Origin: Escherichia coli
Lineage (GTDB): Bacteria > Pseudomonadota > Gammaproteobacteria > Enterobacterales > Enterobacteriaceae
DNA length: 64,000 nt
Strand: one strand, 5' to 3'
NCBI RefSeq assembly: GCF_024502345.1
Contig: NZ_JALDNN010000001.1
Part shown: positions 45,901 through 57,322 of the stretch, piece by piece
How positions within the stretch are numbered: the stretch's first letter is position 1
Layout: the number at the start of each line of letters is the position of its first letter
Position numbers and translations under genes: made by a program
The notes under the pieces: model-generated
Told to the model about the DNA's origin: nothing
What the model saw: only the letters and a program-made list of their open reading frames with translations
The model's database searches: none

Positions 45901-48900
45901 CGCATCATACTGCCAGCGGAATAACTCTCTTCGTCAATACGGCTCTCGCTGTACGCTTACCCATCTAGAGAGGTTTCAGGTGATTATCGATGTCAGAAGA
46001 CTGAATGATTCAGTCGTTTACTTTGAGATAGATCAGAGGTTTTTCACTACCTGTGTTCATCACATGGCTACGAATAGTAGAATCCAAGCATAAATTAACG
46101 CTTAGAAAAGTTGAGCTCATGAGATTCCACCCTGAAGGGCCTTCCATACCCGATATCCTCTTAGAACGCTGTGATACAGGTCGAGTTGTATTTCTCTGTG
46201 GCGCTGGGGTTTCATTACCTTCAGGGATGCCAAGCTTTGTAGAGCTTACCCAGCATGTAATTGAATACTTTGACCCACCACACGATTCAGAAATCATGGC
46301 AGCATTTCGCCCATGGCTTCACGACCAATCTTCAGCTAATGTCCCTCTCGACCAAATTTTCAACCTCCTACATCTGGAATATGGCAAGGATGAGGTGAAT
46401 GCTTTGGTATCAAAGCGTCTGGGGACTGCAAGAACTGATATAGAGATTGGACGTGAGCATGCCCTGATTAAAAGAATTTCCTCAAATCAGAGTGGTGTCC
46501 CACAGATTGTCACAACGAACTTTGACCGACTGTTCGAGGATAACCAAGCGCAAGATAATCTAACTCGATATGTGCCGCCAGCTTTCCCAAATCTGAATTT
46601 CGGTTCGACAATTGAGGGAATAACATATCTTCACGGCCGCCTGGTCGACGAAAATGCTGTAAACCATCCTTATGTGCTGAGCAGTGCAGACTTTGGAAGA
46701 GCATATCTTTCAGAAGGATGGGCGACCAATTTTATTAAGCTTCTTCTGGAACGATACATCGTTGTTTTGGTCGGTTATCAGGCAGAAGACCCACCAGTTA
46801 AATACCTCCTTCAGGGTCTCAATCATGATGGCCAGTATGATCGTTCCAGACTTTATGCATTTGATCGCGGCCTTGCCGAGGATATCGAAGCCAAATGGCG
46901 TGACAGAGGAGTTACAGCCATAGCCTATTCCGATCATCCAGCTCTTTGGAAGACTTTGGAAGCATGGGCTGAGCGAGTAGATGATCCACGTCGATGGCGA
47001 GCTTCTATTATCGCTAAAAGCCAGCAAGATCCGAAAGTTCTAGCACCGTATGAACGTGGTCAACTTGCCCATATACTTCGCACTACACAAGGTGCGAAAT
47101 TGTTCTCTGAAGCTGTTCCTCTTCCCCATCCAGAGTGGCTTTGTGTGATGGATGCAAATATTCGGTCAGCCAAACAGAAGAAAAGATACTACGAACTTGA
47201 TGACAATGATGCAGAGACCTTCGATCCACAAGAAGCTTATGGGCTTGATGACGATCTGCAAGATATCGCTGATGATGAACGTAAACGTGGAGTGAGTAAC
47301 GATAATCTCCTTGAATGGCGCGACGAAGATGATAACCCGTCAGATTACCATCGCTTGGCTGGATGTTTGGAGACAATGCCGAAACGATTGAGCCATCTCA
47401 TGGTCTGGTTCTGCAAATCTCTTGATAGCCCCGTGATGGCTTGGTGGGCTATCCGAAAAATCAGTATTCATCCTCTACTACTACAAAATATTGAACGCAA
47501 TATTGAGCATTCAACATCAATCCACAAACGCGCTCGTCAACTGTGGGGCTTAATTCTTGAACATCATAAAGATCCCCGCAATCGTCGTTATGACGTCGAT
47601 TGGTACGACTTAAAAGCTCGAATTACAAAACAAGGCTGGACAGCTGGTGTCTTACGAGAATTTCGTAGGGTAATGACACCCCGATTGGAAAAGAAGTTGC
47701 CGTATGGATTGGGTGAAGTCAGACCGCCAAGCGGCTCCTGGGAGGAAATTCAGTTCAGCGAATTTGGCCAATTTGAAGTTGTGTTCACCGAAAGACATGA
47801 TGACGATTTAGACGTACCTGACAATGTATTACTACAAGTATTTAATGCCTTAGAAGCGCAAATAATAACTGCCTCCGGAATGTTAGAGGATATTGATACG
47901 CACTACTTTCCAAGCCCAAGTTGTTATCCAGAACGTGCGGTTGAAGGAGAAGAACATTTCGCGAAAGGTGCGGAGGTATTAACTTGGTTTGTCCAACTTT
48001 TAGACCGAGTTGTTATGAAGTGGCCAGAATTGGCTAAGGCATACGTAACAACTTGGCCAGTTAAGGAGCCATTTTTCTTCCGAAAGCTTAGACTTTATGC
48101 ATTCAGTAAAAAAGGCGTCTTTGAGGCTGACCGTGTTGCCGAAGAGCTTTTGTCTTTGGATCAAAGTGGATTTTGGGACACAAATATTACCCGCGAACTT
48201 CTTTTTCTGCTCACTGATCGTTGGGAAGAATTCTCGCAAGAAAATCAGAATCGAATTATAGAGCATATATTAACCGGCCCGAACCATTTACTTTATTTGT
48301 CTGAGGAAGACATTCCAAAAGAAAGAGAGATATTAGCAGCTAGATACGCTCGTTATCTCGAACTAAACGGCTGTAAAGTAACCACTATTCATCGTGACCA
48401 ACTAACTGCGATGATTAAAAGAATTCCTGACTGGAATGATGGCTGGGCTACATCTGTTGTCATCAATTGGGGTTCACGGACAGGTTGGGTTCGTACAGAC
48501 GAAAAGCCAGATATAATCTTAGATCTTCCAGCAAACGAAATAATCCCAAAAGTAAAAGAGATACTTAAACGAGAGGATGATAGCTTTACTAGTAGGCAAC
48601 CCTTTGTCGGATTGATAAAAGAAAATCCGCGTAAAGCTTTGTCTGCACTCGCTATTGCAGGGAGAGGCGGTGATTACCCTAAGGAATTTTGGTCGCCAAT
48701 GATAAGTGAGTTACCTATAGATCTTAAACCAAGGGTGAGACGAGTATTCCTGAACCGAATTGTGCGATTGCCAGTTACAGCTTTGGTCGAGTTACGACAT
48801 ACATTAAGTAACTGGCTTGAACAAAATTTAGCTGCGACTCTTGAATTTGATGAGGATCTCGGGTGGGCAGTTTACGATCATGTCATAGCAGGCATACTGA

Positions 48901-49333
48901 GTGGTGGCGCCAGTGCAATACGGAGTAGTTTCGGAGAAGTTATCCGGAATGGAGAAGTTGTAATACAGTCTCGCCGCACGTTCAGTCATGCAATCAATGG
49001 TCCTGTCGGTAAATGTACTCAAGCGCTTTTTCAAGCAATGCCAAGTGAAGAGAAAAAAGCTGGTTCGCTTATTCCTTACTCTATTAAGTCTCGTATTGAA
49101 CATCTTTTTACTGCACCAGGAGAAGGAGCGGACCACGCTATAGCTATAACGTCTCGCAATCTAAATTGGCTAATGTTTGTTGATCCTGCATGGGTAAAGG
49201 AATGGCTTATACCCCTTTTGGATTTAAAACATCCTGCAGCAGAACCAGTATGGAATGGTTATCTTCAGTGCAATGCTATGCCTTCAATTGCAGTAGCTGA
49301 ACTTATTAAACCAGCTTTTCTTAACCTTATCCC

Positions 49334-50390
49334 GGCTTTGTTGAATAAATCAGATTTCGGGTAAGTCTCCCCCGTAGCGGGTTGTGTTTTCAGGCAATAC
49401 GCACGCTTTCAGGCATACCTGCTTTCGTCATTTTGTTCAGCGCTCGTACCAGGGCCATAGCCTCTGCAACCTGACCATCGTAGTCACGCAGTGTCAGTGA
49501 ACCCCCGAACAGCTGTTTTACCCGGTACATCGCCGTTTCCGCTATCGAGCGACGGTTGTAATCTGTTGTCCATTTCCACCGCGCATTACTCCCGGTCATT
49601 CGCTGATTAGCCACTGCACGGTTACGGTCTGCATATTCACCGGGCCAGTAACCCGCACCTTTTCGGGGAGGGATAAGCGCGCTGATTTTCTTACGCCGCA
49701 GTTCATCGTGACATAGCCGGGTATCGTAAGCGCCATCGGCGGCGGCTGACCTGATTTTCCGGTGGGTTTGCCGGATTAACCCGGGGAAGGCCTCTGAGTC
49801 CGTAACGTTGTTCAGCGACAGGTCAGCGCAGATGATTTCATGTGTTTTACTGTCAACGGCGAGATGCAGCTTACGCCAGATACGGCGGCGTTCCTGGCCA
49901 TGCTTTTTGACTTTCCACTCGCCTTCACCGAAGACCTTCAGCCCGGTGGAATCAATTACCAGGTGTGCGATTTCACCCCGGGTGGGCGTTTTGAAACTGA
50001 CATTAACCGACTTTGCCCGCCTGCTGACACAGCTGTAATCCGGGCAGCGTAGCGGAACGTTCATCAGAGAAAAAATGGAATCAATAAAGCCCTGCGCAGC
50101 GCGCAGGGTCAGCCTGAATACGCGTTTAATGACCAGCACAGTCGTGATGGCAAGGTCAGAATAGCGCTGAGGTCTGCCTCGTGAAGAAGGTGTTGCTGAC
50201 TCATACCAGGCCTGAATAGCTTCATCATCCAGCCAGAAAGTTATGGAGCCACGGTTGATGAGGGCTTTATTGTAGGTGGGCCAGTTGGTGATTTTGAACT
50301 TTTGCTTTGCCACGGAACGGTCTGCGTTGTCGGGAAGATACGTGATCTGATCCTTCAACTCAGCAAAAGTTCGATTTATTCAACAAAGCC
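49334..50390 (-). mobile_element. IS903-group element, copy 2, inverted relative to copy 1, with 9-bp TSD CCTTATCCC
   Basis: Same terminal repeats as copy 1; CCTTATCCC at 49325-49333 and 50391-50399. Confidence 0.92.
49390..50358 (-). CDS. IS903-type transposase (copy 2)
   Basis: 322-codon ORF with translation identical to 38097-39065. Confidence 0.92.
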   Translation of the reverse strand: MKDQITYLPDNADRSVAKQKFKITNWPTYNKALINRGSITFWLDDEAIQAWYESATPSSRGRPQRYSDLAITTVLVIKRVFRLTLRAAQGFIDSIFSLMNVPLRCPDYSCVSRRAKSVNVSFKTPTRGEIAHLVIDSTGLKVFGEGEWKVKKHGQERRRIWRKLHLAVDSKTHEIICADLSLNNVTDSEAFPGLIRQTHRKIRSAAADGAYDTRLCHDELRRKKISALIPPRKGAGYWPGEYADRNRAVANQRMTGSNARWKWTTDYNRRSIAETAMYRVKQLFGGSLTLRDYDGQVAEAMALVRALNKMTKAGMPESVRIA

Positions 50391-51152
50391 CCTTATCCCT
50401 TGGATCGAATCTCTTTCTTGGGAAAAAGATTATTCAGTTCGAGCTTCGCAATGGCTTGGCTTAATGAGAATGTTTCACCCTGATGAGCCCTCCAGTCCTT
50501 CCAGGAATGAAATGCGCTCCATATTACGAGCATTATCTGACGAGGCTCGAAATCGTTTTATTTCCTGGTTAGGATTGGTCGGGCAGAAAAACGAGAGTGG
50601 CTGGGTTAAGTATGTGATCCCATTAATCAGAGAGGACTGGCCCAAAGAACGCCAATATAGAACCACGAGCTCTGTAAAAGCATGGATTGGTTTACTTGAC
50701 GATACTGGCGATAAGTTTCCGGAGGTTTACGATTCAGTAAAAACATACTTAGTACCAATCGAGACAATTGATCATTTGTTCTACAGATTCACTCGGGAGC
50801 TCGGTGGTAAAGGAGCAATTGCAGCTATTTTTCCAGAAACCACGCTTGATTTAATGGACAAAATAACACCACTGATATTCACGCGTACATCAGGAGAGCT
50901 GCAGAAGATTCTTGAGCTAATTGAAGATACAGATACAAGTCTGATCAAGGATTCTCGGTACTTACGGCTTATTGCACTGGTTGAGAAAAATTAGCATTTA
51001 TGGTTTTTTACCGTTGTTGATTACTCAGCAACACTTTTCGACATGCCGTAGCGCTTATCGCCTGTTCTTGACTAAGATGAGAAGCAGGCGTTAAAGTTTG
51101 GTTAAAGGAGAACCTCTAACCATTCCTTCTGGAAGAAATAATCTTTGGAGTA

Positions 51153-51875
51153 TTATTGAAATTGCTCAAATATACCATGCAACCCAATAAATTTTATTTT
51201 TAGTGCAGGATCATGCCTTAGAACAGTCTCAAGTGAGTTCCGCTCATAAATTATTGATTGTGCTTGTATTGAGCCGTTCCATGAAGGCAAAAGCAGTAAA
51301 GCAGATGTTTCCAAATCAATACCCCACCAATCGTTAACATAGCAATTTAAAAAATCAACAAGAGCCTTAATCGCAATAAAAGCATCTTTTTCGGTATATG
51401 TTTCAGGATCGAGGGATATACCTGATATATTACTTTTAGCTTGCTCGGAATTAATATTAGACTGGTGTTGATAAGCAATTTTTCCTTCACCCGGTTTAGT
51501 TTCTATTGTATCAGTGAAAATTTTAATCTTAGGATGCACCAATGCATTTCGTTGTGCTATTAATTCTTTTATTATTTGTGTTTGAGTGGTTCCACGAGGT
51601 AAAGACATGTCTTTATGCCATTGAAGAGTATAGTCAAATTTATCAAGTGAAGAGAACCTGTCAATTTGATCTTTTAACTTTTGCGTTATTTCTATAGAAG
51701 ATAAAAATGAGTTAGCTGCAGCCTCAATAGCGTAGTTAATTGAAAGTACACTTGATTTGGCAAGTGTTTTTTTGATGTGTGATTTTTTTGTTGCAGCTGA
51801 TAATTCATAAAGAGTTATTGCATCAGAAAAAAGCTCAAAAAAGCTGTTCTTGGTTATTTCAACTTTTCTTTTCAC
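51153..51875 (-). CDS. P3: hypothetical ~240-aa protein with possible HEPN-type R-x4-H motif
   Basis: ORF 51153..51881; ELIAQRNALVHP contains R-x4-H; start uncertain (TTG at 51881 or GTG at 51875). Confidence 0.55.
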   Translation of the reverse strand: MKRKVEITKNSFFELFSDAITLYELSAATKKSHIKKTLAKSSVLSINYAIEAAANSFLSSIEITQKLKDQIDRFSSLDKFDYTLQWHKDMSLPRGTTQTQIIKELIAQRNALVHPKIKIFTDTIETKPGEGKIAYQHQSNINSEQAKSNISGISLDPETYTEKDAFIAIKALVDFLNCYVNDWWGIDLETSALLLLPSWNGSIQAQSIIYERNSLETVLRHDPALKIKFIGLHGIFEQFQ

Positions 51876-51965
51876 ACGCAACCCTCTGCATAAAAAAATA
51901 AAATCATATAGACAGAATACAATTTCCTATAATCTTTATATTCTACTAATTGTGGATATAAATGG

Positions 51966-53438
51966 CTATCGAGAATAAGAACTGGGTTTAGGAAAACCAC
52001 CTCTGACGACGACAACAACAATTGCAACTTGAGATTGACCTGTTGGATGAGTGAATACTTCAATATCATCCTCTATTACTCCCACCGGCGCTGATTTTGA
52101 CGTTGATTCCAGAACAACCAAAATACCGATACGCTTACCTAATCCAATGGCATAAGCTGCTGTTTGATCGAAATATTTTTGAAAATCCTTGGGAAAAAGA
52201 ACCTTATTATTTTCAACTTTTAGTTCTATCGAAATGTCTTCAAATGTGAGATCCGTTATCCCGCCAGCAGCCTCTGGATGGCCTTGTAATTTCTCGCCAA
52301 TCTCATTCCTACTTCTAAGCATTTCGGCTATTTTACGCTGAAATTTTTGCTCTGATGTGCCAGCAATAAATAAACTAGCTTTAAGAGCTTGTGCTGCAAC
52401 ATTTCCTAAGCCGCCAAGTATAACCATTGTATTAGCAATGTCATCTGAGTGTAATCCAGGGAAAGCTCGTAATATGTTACGAATTTTTATAAGATGCCTA
52501 TCGACGTTTGAAAATCCAGTTAATGGAGCTTGAGCGGAATCACTCCCTTCAAGTAGTAAGCGCCTATGTCCTACGATAGCAATATTTTGGCAATTACTTA
52601 AATTGTCAAACTCGGCAGCATATAGGAATTCGTAAGGTCTCGAGCCAAATGAATTTGCCACTTCCAAGACGACACGACCGATCCCCTTCAGTGTGAAGGG
52701 GCCTTCCCCCTCTGGTTTCTCAAATCTAAAATCAGGCAACCAGTCTCGCTCACGAGCATCAATTGTCACTGGCTTTAATGAGAGGAAATTTGCACTTTTT
52801 GGCCAATTTGAAACCCTGACCTCTATGTTAAGGTCATAAGCCGTACCCGGCTTAAGATAATTCCATTGCTGAGCTGGTTCCCCATCAATATCAAACTTTA
52901 GAAATGCAACTGTCGATTCTTGTGTTTTATTCTCTTTTGTCCCTTTACTAGATATTCCTTGCCTAATCCCCTCAATATTTTTATCGCGAAGATTTGCGAA
53001 TAAGAGTAGTGGCAATGACCAGCTTGTTAACTGGTCTTGTATTTGTTTTAATGAATCTAATTTACTGATTGAACGGACTTGCTCTATAAATTCATTAAAT
53101 TGTTTGTTCTCCGAGAGACTCGTCGTCATGTCGATCTCTGATGCTTTTAATTGTGCTGAATTTAAAAACCTTTGAGCATCAGTCTCAGCATTACGTATAG
53201 CATGTTTCCACTCAGCTAGAGTTACAAATATAGTCATTGCTATATAATATGCACGATATTGATCTTCAACATATCCCTGACCGAGCTCATCGAGCGTTTC
53301 ATTGAGCTTTTGACACGCTTCTTTAAGTTTCACCAAGTCATTCGGAATGGACTTGAGTGCACCATCCAACGCTGCTGCAATCTCAACCCTCGGAGAAAAA
53401 GCTTGGCGGAAAATCTCGAAATTTGGCTCGTTCTTCAT
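51966..53438 (-). CDS. P2: hypothetical ~490-aa protein with possible PD-(D/E)xK-like nuclease core near the C-terminus
   Basis: ORF 51966..53480; C-terminal GGITDLTFEDISIELKVEN...GILVVLE resembles a D...ExK core; any in-frame Met start overlaps the P1 3' end by at least 56 nt. Confidence 0.55.
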   Translation of the reverse strand: MKNEPNFEIFRQAFSPRVEIAAALDGALKSIPNDLVKLKEACQKLNETLDELGQGYVEDQYRAYYIAMTIFVTLAEWKHAIRNAETDAQRFLNSAQLKASEIDMTTSLSENKQFNEFIEQVRSISKLDSLKQIQDQLTSWSLPLLLFANLRDKNIEGIRQGISSKGTKENKTQESTVAFLKFDIDGEPAQQWNYLKPGTAYDLNIEVRVSNWPKSANFLSLKPVTIDARERDWLPDFRFEKPEGEGPFTLKGIGRVVLEVANSFGSRPYEFLYAAEFDNLSNCQNIAIVGHRRLLLEGSDSAQAPLTGFSNVDRHLIKIRNILRAFPGLHSDDIANTMVILGGLGNVAAQALKASLFIAGTSEQKFQRKIAEMLRSRNEIGEKLQGHPEAAGGITDLTFEDISIELKVENNKVLFPKDFQKYFDQTAAYAIGLGKRIGILVVLESTSKSAPVGVIEDDIEVFTHPTGQSQVAIVVVVVRGGFPKPSSYSR

Positions 53439-55956
53439 ATTCTTTCTCCAACTCAGCCGTAAGACCATTCCATTTTTCAATTAAGTCATTATAGGGTTCG
53501 CAAACACTTATGGCATGTTCAATGCTAGCTGCTTCTGTAACTAAAGCAGCCTTAAGTTTCCATTGTGTATTTCTTTCATCATTTGGAATTTCTTCCAGTA
53601 GTTCCTTTAAACAAACATTTGCAGTTACGTTATCACCACACTTGCTTAACGCAGCCACGTACACTAATGCTTCAATAAATTGTTGAGGTTTAAATGGTTT
53701 CAGAGCATTGAATGCTTTTTGGAGATCGTCTTTACAATTTCGAAGCTCATCATGTGGCGCTCTTAATATCACTGAGATGCAGTCATCAATAGAAATACTG
53801 CGAGTATACTCATCCTGAATTGCTTTGAGTGCGACTTTGACAAAACCGGGAATATCATCAAAATGAAAACGCAATCGATTGATAGCATCATAAAGTGCAC
53901 TTCCTTCTAAAATTAATAATATATTAGAAAGAAGCAATCCAATTTTCCCCTTTCTCTCTTCATCTGATAAGCAAAGAGAAGAAAAAACGTCAATGCATTC
54001 TACAATGAAATTATCTTTTTTATCTTGTTGAATATAATAGCAAATTAGATTCCATAGCCGGGATCTCACAAGTCCCCGTTTCTCCTCAGGAAAAGATCTA
54101 CGGCTCAAAGCGCGAACAGCATACTGATGCACCATAACATATTGATCTAATAGCAAGACTGAATATGCTTCGAAGAATAAATCTGGGAAATTCTTCACTA
54201 AATCATAGGGAACATTTTCCCACGCTTGTACGGCACGTGCTCGAATCAATGTACTCTCATCCATAAGAGCACGATACCAATCGGAGAGCACTAGTGTTAG
54301 GCTGTCAATACCAGTTAATAACTTAGAAACATGGGCAATCATGTTCCCACGCATTTGAGTTTGTTCTTCTGGTAAGCTTCTATAGAGATGAAGAAAATCA
54401 TCGATTCCTTCACTCCCTCTAGATTTAGCTCCAATCGCAGCCCATTCAATCAATGCACCCTGTAAGCCATCAATAGCATTACGCTTATTACTTTTATCTA
54501 AATGATCTAGAAAACTCTCATTTATTTCTATGATTTTTTCTTTATTCAACGCCTCAAATTTCTCGCTTAGCGTTGCAGCCGCTCCGATCAAATCGTCAAA
54601 ATTATCAACTGCAAGCTCAGCAAATTCGTCCCAAGAGTGTCTAAAGAATTGTCCTGCATCATCCATGCTATCCTCTGGATTTTCCACAGCAGCCCAGAGC
54701 AAACGCCTAAAAGCTATTTTTTGTGTCTTTCCTGTTTTACTTTTTTTTCTATAGTTATTTCGCAGTACAGATCTGTAAGCTCTATTGGCCTCATGTCTCC
54801 CAATATCATCTTTGTCAGCAAGATAGGATTGAATAACTTTATCGCTTTCATCGGGAAATCTATCTAAGTATTTCGTAGCAGCCTCCCGAAGAAAGAAAAG
54901 AATGCTGCTATCTCTCCGCTCCTCCGGGAGTAGAGTCCGTCGACGCATCAGCTTAGCAAATATACTTCTAATATGTCTTAGAAGCAGCTCATCATCATCC
55001 GATGCAATAATTATCTCAATAGCAAATTGAAATTTTCCCCGGTGAGTATCTTTTATGTATTCATCAACAACATCACAGATATCAGCTTGTCTTTTTTTAA
55101 AAAGTGACTGAATGGGGCCTTTATTAAGTACTTTTCGCTCAAATGTGCCAATCATCATTCCAGGAGGAGATTCAACAGCCATTCTAACAAAGTGGTAAAG
55201 GACTTTTAAGAAATCATCTTCAGATAGATTCTCTGCTTCCAAGAGGATTGCTTCTATAGCTAGTGGACAATATTCGAAGTTGTTTATTAAATATACTGAA
55301 ATTGCCAGTTTTTCCGCTTGTGATAATTCAGTTCTTATTAAAGCTTTTGCTGCTGGCATTGAATATGGTAATTTCTCATGTAACACTGCAGGCAACAAGT
55401 GTTCAATTATTTTACTTGTAAATGTCTCAGGTGCCAGATTAGCAAGTTGTTCCAAACGGGGATCGTTGTTCTCTATATCCTCTTGATCGAGTTCATCAAG
55501 CAAATCAAGCACAAACGTTTCTTCTAGAGTAAGTGAAAGACGTAATACTGCTCGTTCTTGTTGTCTATTGAGCTGCTTCTGCTTTCTCTGCCTTTCTTCT
55601 TCTTTGCGAGCCAAATTTCGTTCTTCGGCAGATTTTTCTCTTGGGCCTACAAACTCTAAAATATTGGGAAATCCCACCGGAACCCGTTGATTACAATGTT
55701 TACAGTTCTGTTTATAGAAGCTGTAAACCGAGTCTTCCAGCAGCCAGCTAAGCATTGAACTTTGCTTAACAAATTTGCATTGAACTCCCATGTGACCAAT
55801 GGGTAACCCTGTTTCAGCCTCAATCATGCCTCTCCCCTCTGATCGAATGAATTCAGAGTGAGAACACCAGTTACTAAGTAGGTGTACAGCACGGAGATTT
55901 CGTTGACCAGCTTCGATTGCCTCTTCAAATCTTTTTTTATCTTCAAAATCATCCAT
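53383..55956 (-). CDS. P1: hypothetical 857-aa largely helical protein with N-terminal Cys/His cluster
   Basis: ATG start MDDFEDKKRFEE; N-terminal C-x-H...C...C-x2-C arrangement (NWCSHSE...GVQCKF...QNCKHCNQ), then a basic coiled-coil and long helical region; low GC. Confidence 0.65.
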   Translation of the reverse strand: MDDFEDKKRFEEAIEAGQRNLRAVHLLSNWCSHSEFIRSEGRGMIEAETGLPIGHMGVQCKFVKQSSMLSWLLEDSVYSFYKQNCKHCNQRVPVGFPNILEFVGPREKSAEERNLARKEEERQRKQKQLNRQQERAVLRLSLTLEETFVLDLLDELDQEDIENNDPRLEQLANLAPETFTSKIIEHLLPAVLHEKLPYSMPAAKALIRTELSQAEKLAISVYLINNFEYCPLAIEAILLEAENLSEDDFLKVLYHFVRMAVESPPGMMIGTFERKVLNKGPIQSLFKKRQADICDVVDEYIKDTHRGKFQFAIEIIIASDDDELLLRHIRSIFAKLMRRRTLLPEERRDSSILFFLREAATKYLDRFPDESDKVIQSYLADKDDIGRHEANRAYRSVLRNNYRKKSKTGKTQKIAFRRLLWAAVENPEDSMDDAGQFFRHSWDEFAELAVDNFDDLIGAAATLSEKFEALNKEKIIEINESFLDHLDKSNKRNAIDGLQGALIEWAAIGAKSRGSEGIDDFLHLYRSLPEEQTQMRGNMIAHVSKLLTGIDSLTLVLSDWYRALMDESTLIRARAVQAWENVPYDLVKNFPDLFFEAYSVLLLDQYVMVHQYAVRALSRRSFPEEKRGLVRSRLWNLICYYIQQDKKDNFIVECIDVFSSLCLSDEERKGKIGLLLSNILLILEGSALYDAINRLRFHFDDIPGFVKVALKAIQDEYTRSISIDDCISVILRAPHDELRNCKDDLQKAFNALKPFKPQQFIEALVYVAALSKCGDNVTANVCLKELLEEIPNDERNTQWKLKAALVTEAASIEHAISVCEPYNDLIEKWNGLTAELEKEYEERAKFRDFPPSFFSEG

Positions 55957-57322
55957 TTAGATAACACCCTTATAAGGAACATGTACTCATCTAAAATGCT
56001 GTTACCGGATTATTATACCTAAAACAATGAATGCTGTGTATTATGAAATGTGATATAAGTCAATTAGTTACATATAAAAACCAACTCACATCCAAAAGGA
56101 TAGTATTTCGAGGTTTGTAGCATCATTAAATGTGAACTTATTTATCGCCCCCTCAAGTTAACTAATAAATAAGTTATAATTTACATATACTTCTGGAATT
56201 TAGAAACCTTATATCTAATAGTTGAGTAAGTTAATAATCAACATGAGTGTGATTCATAAAAAAAATAATTATTATTTTCAGCCCCTCCATTATGGAGGAG
56301 CAATAATAGTATAGTTTTCCTGTATTCCTAACGATCCAGTTAGGCTTAGAGAAATCTAATTATGAAGCACTCCTGAGAGCAACCCTTCCAACTTTATCAA
56401 TATAATCCGCATACCACTGCATCATCTCTCTCCTGCCTTCCAAATACAGCGCATGGTTGTACGTCCCGCGAATCGCATTCTTATCGACATGCGCAAGCTG
56501 GGTTTCAATCCATGCGGTATTGAACCCTTCCTCATGCAAAATCGTACTCATCGTGTGGCGGAAACCATGCCCCGTTACCTTCCCCGTGTACCCAATCCGC
56601 TTAAACACCTGATTAATACTCGCTTCGCTCATTGTTTTGCGGGGATCATTCCTCCCAGGAAACACCAGAGGATATTGCCCAGACATCACTTTGAGCTGCT
56701 GTACGATCTCCAGCGCTTGGGTAGAGAGGGGCACCAGGTGAGGCCGTTTCATCTTCATGCGCTCTGCAGGTATTTCCCACACCGCTTTTTCAAGATCAAA
56801 CTCACTCCAGAAAGCACCTCGAAGCTCACCGGTGCGAACCCCCGTAAGGATCAGCAAACGTGCGGCAAGAACAACCAGCGGGCTGCCTGTATAGCCAGAA
56901 AGAGCTTTAAAGAAATCTGGTAACTCCTCAACGGTAAGGAAGGGATAATGCTTCGATTCATGCCCTGACATCGCGCTGGTTAGATCCGCAGCCGGATTGT
57001 ATTCCGCACGACCGGTAACTATGGCGTAGCGAAAGACTTCGCTGCAGCGCTGGCGAACTTTCTTGGCCTTCTCTGTCGCACCACGGCTTTCCATTCGACG
57101 CAGTACATTCAACAGAACAAGAGGCTTAATTTCATTGACTGGCTGCTGACCGATATAGGGAAAAATATCTTTATTTAAAGCTTCGATAATGTCCGATGCA
57201 TACCCTTCTGACCATCTGCTCACCTTCGTACCGTGCCACTCAAGCGCCACAGACTGGAACGTATTATGATCTTACCCAGCAATAGTGGACACGCGGCTAA
57301 GTGAGTAAACTCTCAGTCAGAG

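Larger units (their letters stand above)
46119..50994 (+). pseudogene. SIR2-domain giant protein (defense-associated sirtuin-like: N-terminal SIR2 NADase-type domain plus ~1000-aa helical region), interrupted by IS903 copy 2; ~1290 aa when reconstructed
   Basis: GRVVFLCGAGVS, TTNFDRLFE and ITYLHGRL SIR2-type motifs; frame continues ...LNLIP | WIESLSWEK... across the insertion after removing the IS and one TSD copy; no Walker A found. Confidence 0.75.
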
